A DNA stretch of 36,496 nt, taken from positions 2,500-38,995 of the forward strand of contig JADGAO010000002.1 in the NCBI GenBank assembly GCA_015231995.1, given 5' to 3'. The position numbers and the translations under genes were made by a program. Under the pieces are notes generated by a model. It was given only the letters and a program-made list of their open reading frames with translations. It did no database searches and was not told the origin of the DNA. The DNA is from Nitrospinota bacterium (GTDB lineage: Bacteria > Nitrospinota_A > UBA7883 > JACRLM01). Shown piece after piece: positions 8,830 to 16,937 of this stretch; position 1 is the first letter of the stretch; every line of letters starts with the position of its first letter.

Positions 8830-9017
8830 TATCGCAACACGGAGTCGTGAAAAGACTCTGGGGTAACGTAAGCTACTAAATTTTATTGGCTAACGAGTTT
8901 TTTGGCTGATCTTTGGACGAGTGTGAGCAGATGAGCGGGGGTCGCGCGGAGCGCAGGGTTGCCACTCCGTTTTTGGAAGCGTGCTCCCAGAAACACATCA
9001 GGACTATGGAGATGAAA

Positions 9018-10409
9018 ATGGAGATGGACCGTTGCCATGCGGATCATGAAGCTGAATCGTTCAGCGAAGATATCGAACCCCCAAGTACGTGTGGCGGAGC
9101 CGACGCGCAGGTAAACGCTCGCGGATCGGACTCATCCGCCAATATTCCGCAATCCTTTGCAACTTCTTCGGCCAGGTCGCCGAGGCCGGCCTCTTCTTCC
9201 CGCGCAAGCCTGCGCCCCGTATCAATTAACACCAGCGCAAACTCCCGTTCGTTCCGGGAACGTTTCTACCCGGCCGCAACCACGGAAGATTGGAACGACT
9301 GGCGCTGGCAGTTGCGAAACAGGATCACCTCGATAAGAGAGCTTGAGCAAATCGTCGCGCTTACGGACAACGAACGCGAAGCGATGATAATGGGCGGCGG
9401 CTCTCTCCCTGTCGGTATAACTCCATATTACGCAAGCCTGCTGGACGGCAACGACCCGTCCCAGCCGCTCCGCAGGACTGTCATCCCCGCTCCCGGCGAA
9501 TACCTGCGCGGTTTTGGCGAGTCGGACGATCCGCTCGGCGAAGACGGTCACAGCCCCGTCCCGGGCGTCGTTCACAGATATCCTGACAGGGTTTTGTTTC
9601 TTGTCACCGGGTTTTGCTCCACATACTGCAGGTACTGCACGCGCTCGCGCATGGTTGGAGGAGGCGACGAACAGAGGTTCGACGAGTCCGTCTGGAAGGG
9701 CGCGATAGAATATATAAAATCCAACACCGCAATACGCGACGTGCTTCTTTCCGGCGGCGACCCTCTCACGCTCCCGGACGAGAAACTTCACTGGATACTC
9801 TCCAGGCTACGCAAGATACCGCATGTGGAGTTCATAAGGATCGGCACGAAGGTTCCCGCCGTCCTGCCGCAGAGGGTAACTCCGGCGCTCACCTCCATGC
9901 TCAAAAAACATCATCCGCTCTGGATGAGCATCCATTTCATACATCCGTCCGAGATGACCGAGGAGACCGCGCAGGCCTGCGGGCGCCTTGCAGACGCGGG
10001 GATACCGCTGGGGAGCCAGACTGTCCTTCTCAAAGGCGTCAACGACGACGTGGAGACGATGAAAAACCTTTTCCACAACCTGCTCAAAGCCCGCGTGCGG
10101 CCATACTATCTGTACCAGTGCGACCCGATATCCGGCTCGACCCATTTCCGCACGCCTGTGGAGAAGGGGCTTGAGATAATGCAGGGCTTGAGGGGCCACA
10201 CCACCGGTTACGCCCTGCCTGCCTACGTCATTGACGCGCCGGGCGGCGGCGGTAAAATACCCCTGCTACCCGAATACGCTGTCGGCAGGAAAGGCGATTA
10301 CATCATCCTTCGAAATTACGAAGGGCAGGAATATCTTTATCCCGACCCTGTCGCAGGCAAGATGACGGACGCGCCGTCAGTCGTTCCCGTCATCGCCGGC
10401 AGGAGGTGA
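9018..10409 (+). CDS. kamA: KamA-family radical SAM lysine 2,3-aminomutase
   Basis: WNDWRWQL, DPLGED, HRYPDRVL, CSTYCRYCTR (CxxxCxxC), SGGDPL, YQCD and VIDAPGGGGKIP (PLP Lys). The start is among ATGs 9006-9024; GGAG lies 6 nt before 9018. Confidence 0.9.
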   Translation: MEMDRCHADHEAESFSEDIEPPSTCGGADAQVNARGSDSSANIPQSFATSSARSPRPASSSRASLRPVSINTSANSRSFRERFYPAATTEDWNDWRWQLRNRITSIRELEQIVALTDNEREAMIMGGGSLPVGITPYYASLLDGNDPSQPLRRTVIPAPGEYLRGFGESDDPLGEDGHSPVPGVVHRYPDRVLFLVTGFCSTYCRYCTRSRMVGGGDEQRFDESVWKGAIEYIKSNTAIRDVLLSGGDPLTLPDEKLHWILSRLRKIPHVEFIRIGTKVPAVLPQRVTPALTSMLKKHHPLWMSIHFIHPSEMTEETAQACGRLADAGIPLGSQTVLLKGVNDDVETMKNLFHNLLKARVRPYYLYQCDPISGSTHFRTPVEKGLEIMQGLRGHTTGYALPAYVIDAPGGGGKIPLLPEYAVGRKGDYIILRNYEGQEYLYPDPVAGKMTDAPSVVPVIAGRR

Positions 10410-10412
10410 ACC

Positions 10413-11417
10413 ATGAGAGTTGGGCTTACATACGACCTTCGCAAAGATTACGAAGGCGAAGGGCTTGACGAGGAGCAGTTGGCCGAGTTCGACAGCCCGG
10501 AGACGATTGACGCGCTGGAGAACGCCATCCGCCGGATGGGACATGAGACCGACAGGATAGGCAATTCCGCGCGGCTCATCTCTCGCCTTTCCGGCGGCGA
10601 TTGCTGGGACATGGTCTTCAACATCGCCGAGGGGCTTTACGGCTATTCGCGCGAGGCTCTGATACCGGCCCTTCTGGAGTCGCGTGGAATTCCCTGCGCG
10701 TTTTCCGACCCGATGGCGTTGAGCCTGGCTCTTCACAAAGGAATGTCCAAACGAATCGTGCGCGACCTGGGCCTGCCCACTCCGGACTTCGCCATCGTGG
10801 AGTCTGTCGAGGATGTTCGTAACATAGACCTTCCGTATCCTCTGTTCGCAAAACCGGTCGCCGAAGGGACAAGCAAAGGCGTCACCGCCGCTTCGAAGAT
10901 CGAGACAAAGGCCGGGCTTGAGAAAGTCTGCGCCGAACTGCTGGAGCGCTTCCGGCAACCCGTGATAGTGGAGACATACCTGCCCGGCAGAGAGTTCACC
11001 GTCGGGATACTCGGCACGGGACGCAAAGCCACAGCCGTGGCCGCGCTGGAGATAAATCTCAACGATAACGCGGAAAAAGAGATATACACCTTCGTCAACA
11101 AAGAAGAGTGCGAAGAGCGGGTGACGTACACCTTGGCGGGCGACCCGCTGGCGATAGGCGCGAAGAACCTGGCGCTGGCCGTGTGGCGCGGGATGGGCTT
11201 GCGCGACGCTGGCAGGGTGGACGTGCGCGTGGACGCATACGGAGTCCCCAACTTCGTCGAAGTCAACCCACTGCCGGGGCTTCATCCGTTCCACTCCGAC
11301 CTGCCGATAATGTGCACCCATGTGGGCAAGACCTACCAGGAGCTTATCGAAACCATCATGACGTCCGCCCTGGAGCGGACGGGGGCTAGAAGTTTGCGTC
11401 CCGCTTTAGCCGTCTGA
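10413..11417 (+). CDS. D-Ala-D-Ala-ligase-like ATP-grasp amide ligase 1 (non-canonical)
   Basis: FNIAEG, LHKGMSK, AKPVAEGTSKG, GREFTVG, GRVD and EVNPLPGL. Lacks the Ddl N-terminal GGxSxE motif. Strong AGGAGG RBS. Confidence 0.85.
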   Translation: MRVGLTYDLRKDYEGEGLDEEQLAEFDSPETIDALENAIRRMGHETDRIGNSARLISRLSGGDCWDMVFNIAEGLYGYSREALIPALLESRGIPCAFSDPMALSLALHKGMSKRIVRDLGLPTPDFAIVESVEDVRNIDLPYPLFAKPVAEGTSKGVTAASKIETKAGLEKVCAELLERFRQPVIVETYLPGREFTVGILGTGRKATAVAALEINLNDNAEKEIYTFVNKEECEERVTYTLAGDPLAIGAKNLALAVWRGMGLRDAGRVDVRVDAYGVPNFVEVNPLPGLHPFHSDLPIMCTHVGKTYQELIETIMTSALERTGARSLRPALAV

Positions 11418-11426
11418 CCTGGCCGC

Positions 11427-12446
11427 ATGAAAGCCGTCATCCTTCACTCCGAGGTTTCGCAGGAAGCGTCGCCGGATGACTTGGACACCCTTGATCAGGT
11501 GGAAGGCGTGGCGCGCGCCCTCAAGGAGCTTGGCCACGAGACGGTTAACGTCACGTTCTCGCTGAACCTGAAGAATTTGTCCGCAGAACTTGGCAGGATA
11601 GCGCCGGATGTCGCCATCAACCTTGTGGAGACAGTCGGCGGCGCAGGGAGGCTCATCCATCTGGCCCCGTCGTTATTGGAACATCTTTCCATCCCATACA
11701 CCGGTTGCCCTGCGGAGGCGATTTTCGTCACATCGGGTAAAACGCTTGCGAAAAAGACGCTCGCTGGCGCGGGATTGCCGACCCCGATGTGGATATCGTC
11801 CGGCGAAGGCGCGGATGGACAAGATTTTTCGCCGGGCCGGTTCATTGTCAAATCGGCATGGGAACATGCGTCGCTCGGGCTTGACGAGCATTCCGTCATC
11901 CACGCCCAAACATCCGGCCAACTGCTGGAAGTGTTGCGGGCGAAGGAGAGCGTTGACGGCTCGGAGTGGTTTGCGGAGCGGTTTGTGGAAGGGCGGGAGT
12001 TTAACGTGCCAATCCTCGCCGACGGGGAGGGGCCGAGGATATTACCGGTGTCGGAAATAGTTTTTGACGCTTATCCTGAGGGGAAAGTAAGGGTCGTAGG
12101 CTACAGAGCCAAATGGGAGGCGGAATCCTTCGAATACAACAACACCCCCCGCAGGTTCGACTTCCCGGAGAGCGACCACGCTCTGATAAAACAGATGGAG
12201 ATGCTTGCGCTCAACTGTTGGAGCGTTTTCGGGCTGGCTGGGTATGCCAGAGCCGATTTCCGCGTGGACGAAAACGGGAAACCGTGGGTACTGGAGATCA
12301 ACGCCAACCCATGCATAGCCCCGGACGCTGGGTTCGAGGCCTCTGCAAGACGCGCCGGGCTATCGTACACCGACATCGTAGGCTCGCTCGTCGAAGACGC
12401 CATGGCGCGTCGTGGGCGGCGATCGGGGACATCCGTCCGTGCGTAG
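11427..12446 (+). CDS. D-Ala-D-Ala-ligase-like ATP-grasp amide ligase 2 (non-canonical)
   Basis: INLVE, IPYTG, VKSAWEHASLG, GREFNV, YRAKW, YARADFRVD and LEINANPC. Confidence 0.85.
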   Translation: MKAVILHSEVSQEASPDDLDTLDQVEGVARALKELGHETVNVTFSLNLKNLSAELGRIAPDVAINLVETVGGAGRLIHLAPSLLEHLSIPYTGCPAEAIFVTSGKTLAKKTLAGAGLPTPMWISSGEGADGQDFSPGRFIVKSAWEHASLGLDEHSVIHAQTSGQLLEVLRAKESVDGSEWFAERFVEGREFNVPILADGEGPRILPVSEIVFDAYPEGKVRVVGYRAKWEAESFEYNNTPRRFDFPESDHALIKQMEMLALNCWSVFGLAGYARADFRVDENGKPWVLEINANPCIAPDAGFEASARRAGLSYTDIVGSLVEDAMARRGRRSGTSVRA

Positions 12447-12498
12447 CGATGTGGCGTGTTTCTCACCTTCGTCTCTTGCGGGAGAGGTAAACTCCCAA

Positions 12499-12588
12499 GC
12501 CCCCCTGATAAGGGGGGTGGCGCGAAGCGCCGGGGGGTTGAGAAAACCCCCGTTCGCTATCGCTCACAGCCCCCTTGTCAGGGGGCCT
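12499..12588. repeat. Multi-hairpin CCCC/GGGG palindromic element, copy A
   Basis: The reverse complement GGCCCCCTGACAAGGGGGC..GGGGG..AACCCC..GGCGC..GCGCCACC..CCCCTT aligns with 28800-28893 and 20154-20250. Confidence 0.85.
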
Positions 12589-12622
12589 AAGAACGCAGGG
12601 TGATGGGGGTTATATAGCTGAC

Positions 12623-13120
12623 GTGACAAAACCCTCCATCCTCCTCTTCCGCTACGTTCCATCGGACATGGACATCATCGCCATCCGCGATATCGTCGCC
12701 TCCACCGGTTTTTTCAACGAGGAAGAGATAGATATCGCCGTGGAGCTTGTCGAGGAGCGGCTCGCGCGTGGCGAGAAGAGCGGCTACTATTTCGTTTTCG
12801 CCCAGACGCCTGATGGCCGCGTCGCTGGCTACGCTTGTTATGGTCCTATATCCGGGACGAAAAGCAGTTTCGACCTCTACTGGATAGCCGTCCACAACGA
12901 CGAGCGCGGCAAGGGATTAGGCCCCGCCATCATGGAAAAGGCGGAGAAGGCGATGGCCGATATGGGCGCAGTACAGGTCTACGCCGAAACGTCATCACGT
13001 GCGCAATACAAACCCACCCGTTCGTTTTACGAAAAACAGGGTTACGTCCAGACCGCGTTGATGGAGGATTTTTACGACGAAGGCGACGGGAAAGTGGTTT
13101 ATGTGAAGAAACTACGGTAG
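12623..13120 (+). CDS. GNAT family N-acetyltransferase
   Basis: FDLYWIAVH..RGKGLG (acetyl-CoA motif A), ETSSRAQYKPTRSFYEKQGY, DFYDEGDGK. GTG 12623 is preferred because the ORF-track start at 12575 lies in the repeat. Confidence 0.88.
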   Translation: MTKPSILLFRYVPSDMDIIAIRDIVASTGFFNEEEIDIAVELVEERLARGEKSGYYFVFAQTPDGRVAGYACYGPISGTKSSFDLYWIAVHNDERGKGLGPAIMEKAEKAMADMGAVQVYAETSSRAQYKPTRSFYEKQGYVQTALMEDFYDEGDGKVVYVKKLR

Positions 13121-13156
13121 ATACAGTTTCAATCCCCCCGATAGGGAATTCCATTC

Positions 13157-13241
13157 TGCGACATTAATGTCGCACAAGCCAGCCCGCTGTCTTGAAAAAT
13201 CTCTTAAAATTCAATGTCTTAATAATGGTCTAACTCCTGCA
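13157..13241 (+). promoter_or_regulatory. Candidate sigma54 promoter with palindromic UAS for nifU-suf
   Basis: Perfect 18-bp palindrome TGCGACATTAATGTCGCA (13157-13174), IHF-like ATTCAATGTCTTA (1 mismatch), and TGG-N10-GC (TGGTCTAACTCCTGCA, 13226-13241). Confidence 0.55.
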
Positions 13242-13283
13242 ATACCATTCCTTGAGTACTAACTAACTCGAAGTGAGTCAATC

Positions 13284-14045
13284 ATGGAAACCTCAGTTCA
13301 AGAAGCGCCACACCGCTTTTCGGAGCGGTTCACCTCTGCGGGAATGAACCCCAAAAACAGGGGCGCCTATTTCGGGGACGAGGCGGCGGCCAATGGCCTT
13401 GTGCTGGTAGAGGCAAAAAGTAGAGACATAAAGCTTTACTGGCTTATCGAGCCGGAGACGGAACTCATTCATGCCTCGAAGTTTTTCTCATACGGCGGGA
13501 CGGAGTCCAACGCCATCGCCGACAAGCTTTGCGACCTGGTCAAGGGCCAATCGCTCGCCTGCGCTCTGGAGCTTACCGGCGAAGACGTGGAGCGGATGTT
13601 GCGGGACACGCCAGTGATCTCCGCCGTGCCGGAGGTGAGACGGGAAGCGTTCATCGTGGTGGACGAGCTCTTGAACGCCGTCACGGAAGAGTGGCCCAGG
13701 GCATACGTCCGCGCCAAAGCCGCCGGAATAATCAAAGAGTATGGCAAAGGCAAAAAAAGAGCGCCGGGCTTTGACCTTGCGGAACAGGACGCGAAGTGGC
13801 TGAGCCTTCCCAGGGACGAGCAGATAAAGAAAGTGGAGGCCACCCTCGACGGCCCGATACGGGACTATCTGCAAAGCGAAGGCGGCGACATGATCGTGCG
13901 CGACGTGGAGGATGGCAGGCGGGTGATCGTCGAATACGTCGGCGCGTGCGGATCGTGCGCCTCTTCCACGGGGATGACCCTGGCGTTCATCGAGGACAGC
14001 CTGCGCTCGGACCTGTACGAGGGGCTTTCGGTGATTCCGTATTGA
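13284..14045 (+). CDS. NifU-like protein: degenerate IscU-like N-domain plus NifU-C/Nfu domain
   Basis: C-terminal IRDYLQSEGGD..YVGACGSCASS..TL (Nfu CxxC). The N-terminal 'NPKNRG..LYWLI..KFFSYG..A..LCDLVKG' is IscU-like. Confidence 0.8.
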   Translation: METSVQEAPHRFSERFTSAGMNPKNRGAYFGDEAAANGLVLVEAKSRDIKLYWLIEPETELIHASKFFSYGGTESNAIADKLCDLVKGQSLACALELTGEDVERMLRDTPVISAVPEVRREAFIVVDELLNAVTEEWPRAYVRAKAAGIIKEYGKGKKRAPGFDLAEQDAKWLSLPRDEQIKKVEATLDGPIRDYLQSEGGDMIVRDVEDGRRVIVEYVGACGSCASSTGMTLAFIEDSLRSDLYEGLSVIPY

Positions 14046-14103
14046 ATCGGGTTTCGTGGGCATAACAACCGCCTGAGCGGATATCTGATAAAGGAGAAAT
14101 AAA

Positions 14104-14703
14104 ATGGACGCAACAGCAAGCCTTAAAACAGCGGGAGTTTCGCTGTCGAACGATAAGGAGCTGGTGTTAAAGCGAGTCTTCAACGCGCCGAAAGAGATCG
14201 TGTTCAAAGCGTGGACGGATGCGGATCGTTTGATTCGCTGGTGGGCTCCGAAAGGCTTTACGACGACCTCCCTTAAAGTGGACCTTCGCACGGGCGGAGC
14301 CTTTCTCTACTGCATGAGATCGGCCGAAGGGCAGGATTTTTGGGGCAGGGGCGTTTACCGCGAAATCATAGAGCCGAAGTTGATCGTTTACACCGATTCC
14401 TTCTCGGATGAGAAAGGCGCGTTAGTCGAGCCTTCTCACTATGGGATGAACCCGGCGTTTCCGTCGGAAACGTTGGTGACAGTGCGGATCATAGAGCGCA
14501 AAGGCAAAACAGAGGTCACATTGCGTCATGCGGTTCCAGTATCCATCCCTGAGCGTTCGGGAATGGAGCAGGGTTGGGGCGAAATGCTCGATCAGCTCGC
14601 CGAAGAGCTGGAGAAGGAAAAAACAGTCCGAAAAACCGTGACTGCGTCAAAGCATGTGGGACGGGGGAAACGCAAAGCGTTATCTGGGAAAAGGGGGCGG
14701 TAA
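14104..14703 (+). CDS. SRPBCC/AHSA1 domain protein
   Basis: [42 protein letters not shown]; AAGGAG RBS. Confidence 0.88.
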   Translation: MDATASLKTAGVSLSNDKELVLKRVFNAPKEIVFKAWTDADRLIRWWAPKGFTTTSLKVDLRTGGAFLYCMRSAEGQDFWGRGVYREIIEPKLIVYTDSFSDEKGALVEPSHYGMNPAFPSETLVTVRIIERKGKTEVTLRHAVPVSIPERSGMEQGWGEMLDQLAEELEKEKTVRKTVTASKHVGRGKRKALSGKRGR

Positions 14704-14704
14704 C

Positions 14705-16168
14705 GTGAAAGAGGAGGCTAACGTAGAAACCGGACTGATAGAGGCGCTCGACGCCCGGCGGGAGTACAAGTATGGCTTTACGACGGACATAGAGTCGGAC
14801 GTTTTCGCAAAAGGCTTGTCCGAAGACGTCGTTCGCGCCATATCCGCGAAAAAGGAGGAGCCGGACTGGCTCCTTCAATTCCGGCTGGAGGCGTACAGGA
14901 AGTGGATAAAGATGCCGCAACCGGACTGGGCGCAGTTGAGGATCGAGCCGATAGACTTCAACGACATCTCCTACTACTCCTCGCCGAAGAGCAAAAAAAA
15001 GCTGGGTAGCCTCGAAGACGTGCCGCAGGAGATACGCGACACTTTCGACAAGCTGGGCATATCGCTACAGGAGCAAAAGAGGATATCCAACGTGGCCGTG
15101 GACGCGGTGTTCGACAGCGTAAGCGTCGCCACCACGCACAAACGCCGCCTGTTGGAGGCTGGCGTGATTTTCTGCTCCATCTCCGAGGCGGTGAAGGAGT
15201 ACCCGGAACTGGTGAAAAAATATCTCGGCTCCGTCGTGCCTCCGGGAGACAACTTCTACGCGGCCCTCAACAGCGCCGTCTTTTCCGACGGCTCGTTCGT
15301 CTATGTGCCGCCGAACACGATACCGCCTATGGAGCTGTCCACCTATTTCCGCATCAATACGGAGGGCACGGGCCAGTTCGAACGCACGCTGATAATCTGC
15401 GCGGAGAAGAGCCAGGTGTCGTACATCGAAGGTTGCACAGCTCCCCAGTTCGACACCAACCAGCTTCACGCCGCGATTGTGGAGCTGGTGGCGATGGACG
15501 ACGCGTCCATAAAGTACAGCACTGTGCAGAACTGGTATCCGGGCGACCCGGAGACGGGCAAAGGAGGAATCTACAACTTCGTCGTCAAGCGCGGCAAATG
15601 CGCGGGCAGGAACTCGAAGATATCCTGGACGCAGATCGAAACCGGCTCGGCCATCACCTGGAAGTATCCGAGTTGCATACTGCAGGGCGACGGCTCCACC
15701 GGCGAGTTTTACTCCGTGGCGCTTACCACCGGCAGGCAACAGGCCGACACAGGGACAAAGATGATCCACATCGGCAAGAACACCCGGTCGCTTATCATCG
15801 CCAAAGGCATCGCGGCGGACCGTGCAAGCAACGCGTACCGGGGACTTGTAAAGATGCTTCCCGGCGCGTCCGGGGCGCGCAATTACACTCAGTGCGACTC
15901 GCTTTTAATCGGGGACAAATCCAGCGCGCACACATTCCCATACATCGAGGTGGCCAACCCGACGGCGCAGGTGGAGCACGAGGCTTCCACCTCGAAGATA
16001 AACGAGGAACAGCTTTTCTATCTGCAACAGAGGGGCGTGTCGCGGGAACAGGCCATCTCCGCAGTGATAAACGGGTTCTGCAAAGAAGTGTTCAATCATC
16101 TGCCGATGGAATTTTCCGTCGAGGCGAGGAAACTTTTAGCGCTGAAACTCGAAAACAGCGTCGCGTGA
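14705..16168 (+). CDS. sufB: Fe-S cluster assembly protein SufB
   Basis: [61 protein letters not shown] start at 14705. Confidence 0.97.
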   Translation: MKEEANVETGLIEALDARREYKYGFTTDIESDVFAKGLSEDVVRAISAKKEEPDWLLQFRLEAYRKWIKMPQPDWAQLRIEPIDFNDISYYSSPKSKKKLGSLEDVPQEIRDTFDKLGISLQEQKRISNVAVDAVFDSVSVATTHKRRLLEAGVIFCSISEAVKEYPELVKKYLGSVVPPGDNFYAALNSAVFSDGSFVYVPPNTIPPMELSTYFRINTEGTGQFERTLIICAEKSQVSYIEGCTAPQFDTNQLHAAIVELVAMDDASIKYSTVQNWYPGDPETGKGGIYNFVVKRGKCAGRNSKISWTQIETGSAITWKYPSCILQGDGSTGEFYSVALTTGRQQADTGTKMIHIGKNTRSLIIAKGIAADRASNAYRGLVKMLPGASGARNYTQCDSLLIGDKSSAHTFPYIEVANPTAQVEHEASTSKINEEQLFYLQQRGVSREQAISAVINGFCKEVFNHLPMEFSVEARKLLALKLENSVA

Positions 16169-16181
16169 AGGAAGGAATAAA

Positions 16182-16934
16182 ATGCTAGAGATAAAAGATT
16201 TATGGGTCGCCCTCAACGGGACGCAGATACTCAAAGGTGTTTCGCTGACTGTGGGACGCGGAGAGATACATTCGGTCATGGGGCCGAACGGTTCCGGCAA
16301 AAGCACGCTCTCCAGGGCGCTGGCGGGGCATCCGTCGCTTGAGATAATTTCCGGCTCCATCCTGTTCGACGGGAAAAACCTGCTGGAAATGGCGGCGGAA
16401 GAACGCGCCCGCGCCGGGTTATTCCTCGCCTATCAATACCCGGTGGAGATACCCGGCCTCGGAAACTCCGAGTTCCTTCGCATGGCCTACAACGCCAAAC
16501 GTGTGGCGGAGGGAAAAGAGGAGTTGGACGCGATGGAGTTCGAGGACATCCTCGACGAGAAGATGGGCCTGCTGGGCATGGACTCCAAATTCCGCGAACG
16601 TGGAGTGAACGAAGGTTTCTCCGGCGGCGAGAAAAAGAAAAACGAGATACTGCAGATGGCCGTGCTCGACCCGAAACTGGCCATACTCGACGAAATAGAC
16701 TCCGGGCTTGATATTGACGCTCTCAAAGTTGTGGCCGAAGGCGTGAACAGCCTGATGACGAAAGACAAGTCGCTCATCCTGATAACGCATTACCAGCGGC
16801 TTCTCGATTACATCCGTCCCGATTACGTGCATGTGTTGAGCGATGGCAGGATAGTCAAATCCGGCGGGCCGGAGTTGGCGCATTCGCTGGAGGCGGAAGG
16901 TTACGACGCCATTTCGGCGGGCGCGGTGAGGTGA
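16182..16934 (+). CDS. sufC: Fe-S cluster assembly ATPase SufC
   Basis: GPNGSGKSTL, QYPVEIPG, NEGFSGGEKK, LDEIDSGLDIDAL, ITHYQRLL. Confidence 0.97.
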   Translation: MLEIKDLWVALNGTQILKGVSLTVGRGEIHSVMGPNGSGKSTLSRALAGHPSLEIISGSILFDGKNLLEMAAEERARAGLFLAYQYPVEIPGLGNSEFLRMAYNAKRVAEGKEELDAMEFEDILDEKMGLLGMDSKFRERGVNEGFSGGEKKKNEILQMAVLDPKLAILDEIDSGLDIDALKVVAEGVNSLMTKDKSLILITHYQRLLDYIRPDYVHVLSDGRIVKSGGPELAHSLEAEGYDAISAGAVR

Positions 16935-16937
16935 GCC

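Noticed and set aside
9018-10409. EpmB (EF-P beta-lysylation) or glutamate 2,3-aminomutase
   Set aside because: Longer KamA-type protein with PGGGGK, no efp/epmA in the window, and the lysine-binding Asp residues are retained.
10413-12446. Housekeeping ddl or vancomycin-resistance ligases
   Set aside because: They lack the GGxSxE motif and the canonical omega loop, and no mur/dcw or vanHX genes are nearby.
13251-13273. IscR/Rrf2 operator (CTTGAGT-ACTAACTA-ACTCGAAG)
   Set aside because: Short imperfect inverted repeat whose spacing does not match the IscR site as I recall it; no Rrf2 gene nearby.
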